Part shown: positions 15,601 through 22,801 of the stretch, piece after piece
Layout of the letters: every line of letters begins with the position of its first letter
Position numbering within the stretch: the stretch's first letter is position 1
DNA from: a virus
Lineage: Duplodnaviria; Heunggongvirae; Uroviricota; Caudoviricetes
Virus record (IMG/VR): IMGVR_UViG_3300028840_000472
Length of the DNA: 24,082 nt
Reading direction: 5' to 3' (one strand)
Translations under genes and position numbers: made by a program
Notes under the pieces: generated by a model
Told to the model about the DNA's origin: nothing
The model's database searches: none
Seen by the model: only the letters and a program-made list of their open reading frames with translations

Positions 15601-16855
15601 AAACCGGTTCGTCGAACGCTTCATACCACTGTTTCCCCGATTTGAATTTCGTATCGGCGATCTTCAGATGGTCGGTCGCTTCTGCTAACGCTTGCTCTAA
15701 CGTCAACGTCGGCGCACCTGTTTTCTTTAACAGCGCATCGATCGGCAGCGGGTTATGTGACTGGTCTATCATGTCACGTAGCGACAGCTGCCCGGATTGC
15801 CACAAGCGGAACTTCGTCGATCCTAAGACGTCCAGCTGGAACTGTGGCGACTGCTGTCGCAGCCAGTCTTCGTAGTCCAGCTTGTCGGATACTGCACCAT
15901 TCATCGAAGCGCGCAGTCCGTCGCGCTTGCGCGGCGCTATGGTCTGCAGCTTCTTCTTGATCTTCGGGTTTTTGGTTAGCTCGCTGAATGACTTCATCAC
16001 AGGGACAAGTGTCGACCTGCAGTTGAAGTGCGCCGGCGGCGGACCCTGCCATGCCGATGTCGTTCCCGGCAGCTTCTTCCCGTCCATGTCCCATGCTTGC
16101 TGATCCAGTGCGATGCAGATGTCGGTCGTACGCCCGTCCAGCGTAGACAGCCACTGCATCCCCTTGATCACGTCCTTGTTCCGCTGGTACACGGATTCGC
16201 GCGCCTTGTTGGCTGTCGCAAGTACCGATGATCGTACCAGTGTCTGCGCCTGCCGGCGGCTGGCGTGCATGATGCCGTCCTTGAAACCAGCCGCAGCGGT
16301 GCCCCTGACACGTCGCGACAGCTGGTCAATCGTTTCGCCAGCCAGTAAACCTTCGCGCATTTCTGCAAGGAATGCGTCTTGAAATGCCGGTATCTGTTTG
16401 CTGAACCACTTGTCGAACGGCGCGCCTTCGATCATCGCGCGACCCGGTAACAGCTTCAGGATGTCCGGCGATATTTTTTTGAAACCAAGATCGACAGTCA
16501 CCGCGTGCTTCAGTTCGTTCAACATGATTTCCTGCTGAACGCCCGCGACCTTTGTCAGCTGCGAATTCGCCGTGTCGGTGATCTGCTTGTATGCCTTGCT
16601 GACAGTCGGCGCGACGGACCCGGTCAGCTGGTTCAGCTTCTTGTTAACGGCGGCAACAGACGCGCCCTTCGCGGTGCCGGCTGCGTTGATCTTGCGAATG
16701 ATGTCGCCCTGCATTCCGTTCAGGGTCGAAAAGATTTCCTTGCGCAGCGCAGCGTCAAACCGAAGCAGATCGATGTCGTGCTTCAGCAGTGCCTTCGCTA
16801 GTGCGGTGTTAAAATTATCCGCCACGCTTCGACCGTACCGCGTCCAGCGGTTCAC
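9677..16855 (-). CDS. Giant MuF (SPP1 gp7-like) minor head protein fused to zeta-like kinase, atypical kinase and probable ADP-ribosyltransferase domains (2392 aa; the start may be GTG 16825)
   Basis: Uninterrupted 7.2-kb ORF upstream of scaffold and MCP. MuF signature WLSTLDGRTTDIC...PPAHFNCRSTLVPV. See the domain entries below. Confidence 0.9.
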   Translation of the reverse strand: MNRWTRYGRSVADNFNTALAKALLKHDIDLLRFDAALRKEIFSTLNGMQGDIIRKINAAGTAKGASVAAVNKKLNQLTGSVAPTVSKAYKQITDTANSQLTKVAGVQQEIMLNELKHAVTVDLGFKKISPDILKLLPGRAMIEGAPFDKWFSKQIPAFQDAFLAEMREGLLAGETIDQLSRRVRGTAAAGFKDGIMHASRRQAQTLVRSSVLATANKARESVYQRNKDVIKGMQWLSTLDGRTTDICIALDQQAWDMDGKKLPGTTSAWQGPPPAHFNCRSTLVPVMKSFSELTKNPKIKKKLQTIAPRKRDGLRASMNGAVSDKLDYEDWLRQQSPQFQLDVLGSTKFRLWQSGQLSLRDMIDQSHNPLPIDALLKKTGAPTLTLEQALAEATDHLKIADTKFKSGKQWYEAFDEPVSKQDIYAQLDDTTVAALEDTAASLQKQATTASIYRNTDGTWSASRKKDVHDDILRKIFTKKRVAAATPDAGEKPIYSVFGGRGGSGKGSFTTPKKNGGIGAVDKDSTIVLDADEIKKLLPEYKGFNAATLHEESLHIINRATSIAERLGLNVAHDITMKGINTPLKWIDRFKKAGYDIHGYYMHVPRKEAALRAVKRFVGPKKDFSGRFVPPEVILANKVNEVHWDQMKKHFKKWEFYDNQGAKPKMIGKGGVSLEQQAKQLADDLAKYKDQVAKGIKPSKGVQASYNSLPIAEKKLIRAEIEQKIAAQQAAAKAAAEKAAQQQAAVEAKQQLETIKAQKGTFEKRAYDKLKKQGALDGLNDTDILEAIAKQVEIDKAAKKISDGIVNYKKAIIAGKVPPPAAQKIFNELDDAKQVKIVKEIDKKLADNAVASKVTPKEALDEYDALVKKYKAPGKIPDKKFKQIYIKMSTADGTVPEHGILTAMDAAIDTLKKNNDVDLLATWKQGMLIGHRDSLLEKVAAKTAARAQKALEADFKKAKKELKFLKASLEVEDTIAGKGFDYNVFTDKMGWKMEIPVSAITEGAPAAKNFLNDLPGKITTLLGDDDALKNFLQHKSFDVVDVTLDLAPSVSGSVLKRKMKKFTDYVEKNPLNVDNLMDASKILNDELGGFITAPAIDPLESVQAAKKLKLFLQDAYLKTKTLQSNDEWFNKVMANQSYTDVPKATGVAAIPVANNVKIAMAKFMDDIDVGDLDSVNVMKIIKTTQPYFDDALTYDDFISMSDIEMETFIKTIMPKLNAVLDDDKLLAKHLASKTINDVDVAKAKKVRPAKKTAVDIEGENINAVQSQAFEYYIEIEQVLPKIDSIDVDEFVFLVNKYETFLGKKPTAYSALEDIAGDELAKLAKMSKLSVEMQNVTDNVSVAAKMAKPADVDFGKAKVTVEKVEPQAGPIEATTYKKTMDDVVVEYDTLSDLTPSFSNQLDKSAVLQKLFVEADDFPKGKALDDFLFSEKIDEFVDKMESKMLTLTTDDAALQKFLQTKKWEDIPDFDDTLTAVGKEAAKASKSVTVAQIVDDAEDVLHDFRFGELDELAFHQKASKLLGTEPADKEIWDLLTASQIDEQIDVDAAALKKLIQSKEAAEDAIKAGGNTVAKDAPSVKVAADIAEDQSKTKVKTPKTDTPPNAEDMNQIGGQGGSNSGAMYQDPETGIKWYVKTPVSEDMVRNEVLAAKLYEKMGIEVPELHIVTRNGKPSVASKIIDGLQSNPSALKAGKVSGVGDGFIADAWLGNWDVVGLGYDNLLVKANRAIRIDTGGALRYRAQGGLKGKAFGKTVDEIDSLRNPSTNSQSASVFGDLTDAQLKESARRVANISDAEIRQLVLLYGPRDVEVAEELIETLIARKKYIKQRFKIRATRKAPESKPAAPPKDTGKDVTDFEVQQIEDARLNGYVLHRDKDAIEDQAVLAWKELDANGDPRSMLQMKLRGDAAEGLDRAVGRASNSGLPSIETAPLDDLIKKSIIGLKHRVETGGTFDNTIETRLNDALQASKKIRKQISDAINEGTLDRAVLKTFDSTYDEWIDAIKEAVIYYDADDKIEKHWFGDKLFNTGRMGTLQPVAKKAADDDVIKWTKRRGEFEHKDVNNGIARVKGGSSEWGTMYETTIDDVTVRYWAGMDNDQVFAIKNRLEVIAPGKTHEQALNTLRKLGINVDRATDFDAEELYLRQIMAHRREGFGDFNASINRIKDPAKRVQRARDLVSAAIGRDVTELPMYNFKGQYQAFGHGQRHLMRPDLFGKEWDDFAENYRLHHSITQGDIVSSLEAILNSGGQMAPTTDKLRRGIPIGGMSPSSDMGTGGASYFFTRIKTANSAAQNSGFVWKADHLRRLDSISYNHDAFGKVKGQYVQRNRKTGIEEWKQTAGSGGNETIFKNSLSIFDDLESINVKSESQKKTVVRLFKKHGINEWPDGRSLDEIVKVIGW
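9680..10230 (-). other. Probable ADP-ribosyltransferase-fold C-terminal domain (approximate bounds)
   Basis: RLHHSIT ... AILNSGGQM ... GGASYFFTR ... NETIF gives the H / IL.SGG / YF / E order seen in HYE-clade and DarT-like ARTs. Recognised by pattern only. Confidence 0.5.
11380..12050 (-). other. Atypical kinase domain, HipA / PI3-PI4-kinase-like fold (approximate bounds)
   Basis: Gly-rich loop GGQGGSNSG, beta3 Lys WYVK, helix-C Glu RNEVLAAKLY, catalytic loop DAWLGNWDVVGLGYDNL, DFG-equivalent RIDTGG. Confidence 0.72.
14850..15490 (-). other. Zeta-toxin-like P-loop kinase domain (approximate bounds)
   Basis: FGGRGGSGKGS Walker A (about 15335-15365), IVLDADEIKKLLPEY, LHEES, FKKAGYDI...VP..EA..RA..RF...GRFVPPEVI, WEFYDN. 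Confidence 0.82.
15720..16300 (-). other. MuF / Phage_Mu_F domain (approximate bounds)
   Basis: AQTLVRSS, QWLSTLDGRTTDICIALD, PPAHFNCRS (HFNCRS near 16014-16031), YEDWLRQQ...VLG..KFRLWQSG. Confidence 0.92.
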
Positions 16856-17003
16856 GTGCGAACGGGTTATCTTCCTTCAGCCGCTTGCCTTCAGCTGCTG
16901 CACGTTCCCGGCCTTGCGCGCCACAGTACACGCGACCGCTGTGTCCCCACTGGAAGCACTCACGCCCGCGTCGCATCGGATCCTGTACCTTGCGTACTCG
17001 CAT
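16815..17003 (-). CDS. Small basic hypothetical protein (62 aa)
   Basis: GAGGGG SD; CFQWGHSGRVYCG..GRERAAAEG motif; overlaps the MuF start region. Confidence 0.6.
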   Translation of the reverse strand: MRVRKVQDPMRRGRECFQWGHSGRVYCGAQGRERAAAEGKRLKEDNPFAREPLDAVRSKRGG

Positions 17004-17005
17004 TG

Positions 17006-18019
17006 CTACCCCTCTCTGTCTCGCATGATCTGCATAAACAGCGCGAGTATTTCCGCATCGTCTTCGTCGACGTGCGGTGCCGTGTCGTGCAGGATTGCAC
17101 TGACCGACCCGCCGAATATGCCCAGATTCAGCGCAGCCTCTACACGTACCACGATCCGGTAGTCGTCCGAATCGAACCAGTACGTCGCCGCGCCGCCGAT
17201 GTCTGCTACTGCGACAGCCCTGTGCGAGTGTTCCCGGTAGTCCGCCGGCAGATGCCTGATCGACGCTTCGCCGTAGACCTGTCCGGCCTTCGTTGCGACA
17301 TGGTCGTGCGTCCGGGGTGTCGTATTTTGTACGACAGTCGTTTCTTGTACGACCGGCTGCGGTGCCGGTTCTGTCTTCGGTGCCGGTGCTGGTGCCGGTG
17401 CTGGTGCCGGCTGTACCGGCGCTGGCGCTGGTTGCGGTGCCGGCCTGACCTTCGGCCCCTTGTGCGGCCTGCCCGCCCAGTGCAGGGCGTCGGCTTCGCC
17501 GCCCATGCGCGCCGTCAGTTGCGACACGTGCACGAAGTCGCCCGGATGGTAGACACGTGCGACAGTGTTGCTGCGGATCTCTACGGCGTGCGCCGGCCTG
17601 CCGGGGTATAACGTGCCCTTGTCAGCGTAAACGTCGCTGACAAGCCCCAGCAGGGCGCGTGACGACGCTTTCTGCAGGGAACTGTAGCCGGTGTCGCTGA
17701 TCCCGGTGACAAACAGGTCAAGCGCGGACCGGATTTCGTGCTGTGCGATCTGTGCGCGGTCAAACTCGACACGCGTCTGGTCGAACAGTTCGACCCACAG
17801 CGGCGATACGTGTTCATGCAGCCGGGGGTATTCAAGAACAAACCGTTCGCCCGGTGCGCGGTAGCGCGAGACACCGCCCGTCGGCTGTGTGACAGGAACT
17901 TCCGGTTCGACGACTGCTTCTGCCGGCTGCAGCGCGCCGTTCGTTGCGACAGTAAGCGGGAACGCGGTCAGGACGCCGACAGTCGCCAGCGTTAGCGCGC
18001 GATTCTTGAACGTCGCCAT
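17006..18019 (-). CDS. Hypothetical protein with signal/anchor-like N-terminus and Pro-Ala linker (337 aa from MATFKN; the track starts at 18109)
   Basis: TGATG coupling at 18017-18021. KNRALTLATVGVLTAFPLTVA hydrophobic stretch; 30-aa PA-rich linker. Confidence 0.7.
   Translation of the reverse strand: MATFKNRALTLATVGVLTAFPLTVATNGALQPAEAVVEPEVPVTQPTGGVSRYRAPGERFVLEYPRLHEHVSPLWVELFDQTRVEFDRAQIAQHEIRSALDLFVTGISDTGYSSLQKASSRALLGLVSDVYADKGTLYPGRPAHAVEIRSNTVARVYHPGDFVHVSQLTARMGGEADALHWAGRPHKGPKVRPAPQPAPAPVQPAPAPAPAPAPKTEPAPQPVVQETTVVQNTTPRTHDHVATKAGQVYGEASIRHLPADYREHSHRAVAVADIGGAATYWFDSDDYRIVVRVEAALNLGIFGGSVSAILHDTAPHVDEDDAEILALFMQIMRDREG
17354..17443 (-). repeat. Pro-Ala low-complexity repeat; GGTGCCGGTGCT 12-mer x2.7 at 17379-17410
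   Basis: Encodes PAPQPAPAPVQPAPAPAPAPAPKTEPAPQP. Confidence 0.85.
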
Positions 18020-18237
18020 CAGTGCGCCCTGTCTTCGTCGTGCGCGATGTCGTATTCGATCTGCGTTGCCAGTTCGCGCAGCATTTCGATGACCTGCGTC
18101 CGGTCGCAATCGATCGGCATTTGCCCGCTGAAGAAGCGCAGCGGCTGGTCACTGAACGCGATATTCAGCGACAGCTTGCCGTGCAGTTCGTCGCCTTCGA
18201 CGGGGTGTTCGTAGATGTTTATTTCGTGCAGCATCAT
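18019..18237 (-). CDS. Small acidic hypothetical protein (72 aa from MMLHEI; the track starts at 18363)
   Basis: ATGATG at 18232-18237 overlaps the upstream TGA, and its own TGA overlaps the next ATG. Confidence 0.6.
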   Translation of the reverse strand: MMLHEINIYEHPVEGDELHGKLSLNIAFSDQPLRFFSGQMPIDCDRTQVIEMLRELATQIEYDIAHDEDRAH

Positions 18238-19622
18238 GTCCGTGTAATTGTAATCGACTGATCCGGTGTGCCTGTTATCGACTGCGTCACGCTTGCGCCC
18301 GCAGTGCGTGTGCTGGTTGTCGTCAGCAGCGGGTTGACAGGATCCAGACCAAAAATCTGCCATAGTTCGGTAAGCTTTTCGGACTGCGCCGCAGTCAGAC
18401 CGCCCGTCGTTGCAACCATTTCATCGATGACCGTTGCGCCGTTGCTGTTGTCGGTTAGCTTGCCCACACCACGACACACGATCGTGCCGGCGGTGCAGGT
18501 CGACGCGATAATGATCTGACCCGCGCCCAGATCCAGCGAGATATTGTTGTTCGCCGTGTTGTTCTGGATCGTGATGCCGCCCCAGTATTGCCGAAATCCC
18601 AGATCGACGTTTTTGCCGTTCATGTCGATGATCGGTGTCGACGTGCCGGGTTGCCCGCTAAAACAGTTCAGGAAGTGCGACGAATTCGCGCCGGTAATCT
18701 GCACGGTGCCGGGGTTCAACATGCACTGGTGTGCGACACCTTGGAAGCCGGTCACGTTTTCCAGTACCGCTTCGCGACACACTACCCAGCCGTCCAGTGT
18801 TGCGTTGCGCATATACAGTTCGCGGAACTGCGTATTCGTCGTCGATACATTCGCCGATGTTTGCAGTTGCACCTTCAGCGGATGGTCGCCTTCAATCAGG
18901 TAGCCGCCGGCATCGGTGCCGGATGTCAGCACGCCTTCGCTTAACATGCGAACGACCGTCCGGCTTTCCCGGTCTGCGATGGTGAATGCGTCGGCGAAAT
19001 TGTTCACCGGGTAGCGATGCGTGCCCAGCGGAATGTTCGTGCCGGCTGTGCCCAGATCCCCATCGAAGTGAATGTGCGGTCCGAACATCTGCGAGCGCAT
19101 GACTTCGCCGTAGCTGCTGGACGCGACGGCTGTCGTGACCTGCGCGTTCCAGACGGCGGAAGCAATCGCGGTGTTGTCCGTGGTTGCCGACACGGTTGCC
19201 GACACGACGACAGACACCAGCTGTTCCGCGACCGTCTGCGTCAGCTGTGAACGTTCCAGAATCGTCGCTACGGTATGGATGGCAGATGTCGCAACGATCA
19301 GCGTATCGGCTGCGTTAATCGGGTACAGGTTGCCCGTGATGGTCAGTTCGTGGTCGGCGTCGTACGGCTGCACCTTCCAGCCCAGATCGGTTCGCAGGAA
19401 GTAGTAGTCGCCGGCTTCCAGACCGCCGCCCAGATCTTCGCCGCCGATCGTGGTGAACGGGAAGTCGAACTTCTGCAGATCTGCATCGCCGTTCCAGTCT
19501 TCTTTCGCGTCGCTGTACAGATCGACCTGTGTATCGATCGACACCTTGTCGTTCACGTCAGGCGCGACCAGATCCAGCCGGATTGTAAACGTCGACGTAT
19601 CAAACGTCGCCTTTGCGCCCAT
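18234..19622 (-). CDS. Virion structural protein, tailspike/beta-helix-like (462 aa)
   Basis: IHFDGDLGTAGTNIPLGTHRYPVNNFADAFTIA resembles the pre-beta-helix motif of spikes and is followed by short G/N/T/I-rich beta rungs. The N-terminal module is shared with the 810-aa protein. Confidence 0.6.
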   Translation of the reverse strand: MGAKATFDTSTFTIRLDLVAPDVNDKVSIDTQVDLYSDAKEDWNGDADLQKFDFPFTTIGGEDLGGGLEAGDYYFLRTDLGWKVQPYDADHELTITGNLYPINAADTLIVATSAIHTVATILERSQLTQTVAEQLVSVVVSATVSATTDNTAIASAVWNAQVTTAVASSSYGEVMRSQMFGPHIHFDGDLGTAGTNIPLGTHRYPVNNFADAFTIADRESRTVVRMLSEGVLTSGTDAGGYLIEGDHPLKVQLQTSANVSTTNTQFRELYMRNATLDGWVVCREAVLENVTGFQGVAHQCMLNPGTVQITGANSSHFLNCFSGQPGTSTPIIDMNGKNVDLGFRQYWGGITIQNNTANNNISLDLGAGQIIIASTCTAGTIVCRGVGKLTDNSNGATVIDEMVATTGGLTAAQSEKLTELWQIFGLDPVNPLLTTTSTRTAGASVTQSITGTPDQSITITRT

Positions 19623-19625
19623 GTC

Positions 19626-20009
19626 CTATTCCTGCTGCGTGAATGCAGTAGGCGAGCAGATCCGCTTCTGTCGTGTTATGCCGTCATCGCATAACTCGCT
19701 GATCATGTCGAACTTGCCGCCCTTCGCTTCCCATTCGAACATCGAAACAACCTTCAGGGGATCGTTCGGTGCGATGTCCCAGCTGAACGTAAACTGTTCC
19801 AGCGTGTCGCGCCCTTCCAGTTGTGATTCGATAAGCTTCTTCAAGCCCTTGTCGAACTCGTTGCGACCCTCACGTATGCGGAAGATACGGTAGCGTATTT
19901 GCCGCCGCATGTGCCGCCGCATACGCGGGTTCGCTGTCTGCGCCTGCATCTTCAAATCGATCAAGTGATCAGCTTCTTCGTCTGTCAGTTTTTCTTTAAG
20001 TTCGGTCAT
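19626..20009 (-). CDS. Hypothetical protein (127 aa from MTELKE; the track starts at TTG/upstream 20063)
   Basis: GGGGA SD, TAG-CA-ATG junction; R/K-rich helix followed by FTFSWDIAPNDPLKVV. Confidence 0.65.
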   Translation of the reverse strand: MTELKEKLTDEEADHLIDLKMQAQTANPRMRRHMRRQIRYRIFRIREGRNEFDKGLKKLIESQLEGRDTLEQFTFSWDIAPNDPLKVVSMFEWEAKGGKFDMISELCDDGITRQKRICSPTAFTQQE

Positions 20010-20011
20010 TG

Positions 20012-20212
20012 CTATCCCCAGATTGAAACCGGAACAAAGTCGGTCAAGGCAGCGTTTTCGCATTGCGTCTGTGCAGCATCCTCTAAGCTGTCAAACTTCG
20101 CCGCGAAAAGTCGTTCAGTCGTCCAGTTGCATTCGCCAATAGACGGACCGGCGTAGTATACAGATCCGCCGTTATTCGTGCGCGGATCGTGTGCCTTGCG
20201 TAGTACCCACAT
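20012..20212 (-). CDS. Small hypothetical protein (66 aa from MWVLRK; the track starts at 20350)
   Basis: AGGGA SD before ATG 20212. This start avoids overlap with the 810-aa gene. Confidence 0.55.
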   Translation of the reverse strand: MWVLRKAHDPRTNNGGSVYYAGPSIGECNWTTERLFAAKFDSLEDAAQTQCENAALTDFVPVSIWG

Positions 20213-20312
20213 AACTTTGTCCCTGAATTTATGCACCCGTATTGCGACGCGATGGAACGGGGCAAACCACCGGAGGAAGCACGCAGGGGAACGTGCTTTG
20301 CGCCTAAGCTGC

Positions 20313-22745
20313 TTACGGGTTGCTGTAGTTACGTTCGAGAGGCGACACAAGCGAGAAGGTCAAGCCCTTCGCACGTGTGATGGTGCCTGTCGTGATAACG
20401 TACTGCGCCGTATCCAGACCGATTGCCACGATCGTGACCGGGGCGTCTTCGCCGGCGGATGCTGCACCGCGCTGCGTGTTGCCGTCATAGTCGAACGTGA
20501 ACGACCGGCTTGCACCGATTACCGTGTACGCCACATCTGCGCCGTCGGCATCCTGCACCGTGATGGCGGTCGATGTACCGAAGTCGCGACCCGTGTTGTC
20601 GCCGGCATCGTCGTTCGTGAAGAACATCCGCACCTTCGCGCTGCCATCTGTCACAAGGTTCGTATTGTGGTTGATGGTGAACGAAGACACGAACGCTTCC
20701 AGTCGCGACACGCCCGTGGCGTCGACGTAGGTTGCGTTGTTGGTATCGTCGGCATTGATGTCGTCGATGTACAGGTTCGCCGTCGTACCGGTCGGTGTCG
20801 CAAACGCCAGCAGCAGATCGGTGACGTCGCCGCGCGATGTACCCGCACCCCAGTCGATGTCGCCAGTCTGTCGCAGCTGGTGCTGGATGAACTGGTAGCA
20901 GTTCGCCAGCGTTGCGTTATTACCGGTCAACTTCCAGTTGAAGCCGTACGTGACACCCGCGATCGTCCGCTTGAAGCCGTCGGCTGCAGTCACGCTTGCA
21001 CCAGCAGTCGGTCCTTCGTCGGTGATACGCGTCACGTCAGTCGATACCAGTTCGATGTCTGTCGTTCCAGCACTTGCGACAGTGAACGAAATGTTATTCG
21101 ACGTCGTAGACGCGAAGGTCACGATCGTGCCCGTGGTAACACCGTCAGCGGTCCAGCTGCCAGACGAACGCGTGATCTTGTTCGTCGTACTGGCGAACGT
21201 GACGTTTCCTACAGCGGCCAGCGACAAGACGTCGCGCTTGTATTCGAGGAACATTCCCGCTTCGTACACGATAATGTCGTTGCCGCCAACGGACGTGAAC
21301 GGATGATCCTGATCGTTCACCAGCGCCACGGTTTCCGACACGACGGACGTGATCGGGTAGACGCCTTCGAAGTTACCGGTCGAAGACACGATGGCAATGA
21401 TGTCGCCGACCTGCACACCGCGCGTCTGCAGTTCACCGTTCAGCACCGACACGATGGCAACAGCCGAAGATGCGCCGGCGGAGATCGAAGCCGACAGCGT
21501 GCTGGCGACGTTCGCGTCCTTGTTGGCGTACACGACCGGACTGAAGATGTCGTAGTCCAGCGATGTCGCACCAGTCCAGATGCCGTTCTCTGTTGTGTCG
21601 ACATACACCGTCGACGCGTTCACAACACTGGTGATCGTGTAGTATCCGGCGTCCGTTTGCGTGCCGGTAATGAACAGCGCGTCACCGACGACCACAGCGG
21701 AAGCGGTGAACGGTGCCGCAGCTGAATCGCGGAACGAACCGACCGTGGAACTGATCGCACTGGTGACACCGGCGGAAGCCGTGACCACGGACGCAGCCGA
21801 ACGGAAAGGCGAAGTACCAAGGATCGCGGCGTCGCTTGCGACAATGGCCGCGTCGTCGCTGTGCGCCAGCGGGAAGCGGTTCACAATGGTCTGAATGTTC
21901 GTAACACCGATGTCCGCGATTTCGGATCCGGCGTACGTCTTGCCCTTCTTGCGGACGAACAGCTTCAGGAACGTCGTATAGTCGAACGCGGTAGACGACA
22001 GTGTCGGGATGGCTTCGTTGACAACACCTTGGAAAGTGAAGTTCACCGGATCGTTCTGTGCGCTGACCTGCTGGTAGTAAACCTGCGCGTCAGTATCCAG
22101 ACTGCCCAGTGTGATGATGCCGGTATATTCGCGGTTCGTCGATGCAGCGGCGTCCTTCTTCGCCCATCCGCCGGTCCTGATCTTCTTCCGCGTGTACTCG
22201 TTCTGGTAGTCCCAGTCCTTGTGCGAATCACCGCCGCCGATTTCGAACTGCTCAGACGTAATCGCCTCGAACGGGAATTCGTGCCGGATCAGGTCGTCGG
22301 ACAGCGCCGTGGCGTAAGTGTCCGTGCGCCACTCTTCCTTCGCAAACGAATACAGCGCCTGCTTCGTCACGCCGTCCTCGATTGATCCGCCGGTCGGGTT
22401 GTGCACGGCATACACAAGCGCGCTGCCGTCAGCAGACCAGCCGGTGAAGCCGTCGTCGGTTGCCAGTTCAAGCGTCGACGCGTTAACAACAGCCGACACC
22501 GTGTAGTGCGCCGCGTCCGCACCGTTACGCAGGACAAGAATGTCGCCTGCGTTTACGTCAAAGGTCGTGGTGAACAGCGCGTCGGGATCGATGAACGCGG
22601 TAGCGCCCGTCGAAACTGTCGCATTGTTGCTGCTCGCCGTGACCGACGTAATGGCACCGACCGGGTACAGCGATACGCGCTGCGTTTCGGTGCCGAAGAT
22701 AACTTGGTCGCGATCCAAGTTATCCGGGTCGATAACAATAGCCAT
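20313..22745 (-). CDS. Large T/S/A/V/D-rich virion structural protein with four internal beta repeats (810 aa)
   Basis: GGGAGA RBS; beta-strand-rich composition; repeats of GD.(L/I).I.G....Y.IT.VV...T; no catalytic motif recognised. Confidence 0.75.
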   Translation of the reverse strand: MAIVIDPDNLDRDQVIFGTETQRVSLYPVGAITSVTASSNNATVSTGATAFIDPDALFTTTFDVNAGDILVLRNGADAAHYTVSAVVNASTLELATDDGFTGWSADGSALVYAVHNPTGGSIEDGVTKQALYSFAKEEWRTDTYATALSDDLIRHEFPFEAITSEQFEIGGGDSHKDWDYQNEYTRKKIRTGGWAKKDAAASTNREYTGIITLGSLDTDAQVYYQQVSAQNDPVNFTFQGVVNEAIPTLSSTAFDYTTFLKLFVRKKGKTYAGSEIADIGVTNIQTIVNRFPLAHSDDAAIVASDAAILGTSPFRSAASVVTASAGVTSAISSTVGSFRDSAAAPFTASAVVVGDALFITGTQTDAGYYTITSVVNASTVYVDTTENGIWTGATSLDYDIFSPVVYANKDANVASTLSASISAGASSAVAIVSVLNGELQTRGVQVGDIIAIVSSTGNFEGVYPITSVVSETVALVNDQDHPFTSVGGNDIIVYEAGMFLEYKRDVLSLAAVGNVTFASTTNKITRSSGSWTADGVTTGTIVTFASTTSNNISFTVASAGTTDIELVSTDVTRITDEGPTAGASVTAADGFKRTIAGVTYGFNWKLTGNNATLANCYQFIQHQLRQTGDIDWGAGTSRGDVTDLLLAFATPTGTTANLYIDDINADDTNNATYVDATGVSRLEAFVSSFTINHNTNLVTDGSAKVRMFFTNDDAGDNTGRDFGTSTAITVQDADGADVAYTVIGASRSFTFDYDGNTQRGAASAGEDAPVTIVAIGLDTAQYVITTGTITRAKGLTFSLVSPLERNYSNP

Positions 22746-22801
22746 GGCTTAATGTCTCCCAGTTACTTTTCAAGGATCGCGCCCCGCCGGGACGCTACGA
22801 T

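Noticed and set aside
17354-17443. Short tandem repeats as a possible CRISPR array or VNTR element
   Set aside because: These are in-frame Pro-Ala codons with no spacers. No CRISPR array or cas gene occurs in the window.
20277-20298. Hairpin AAGCACG-N8-CGTGCTT after the 810-aa gene
   Set aside because: No U-tract on the coding strand, so it is not supportable as an intrinsic terminator.
20178-21725. 515-aa plus-strand ORF
   Set aside because: Antisense shadow of the 810-aa gene. R/V-rich and motif-free, as expected from the codon bias of the real strand.
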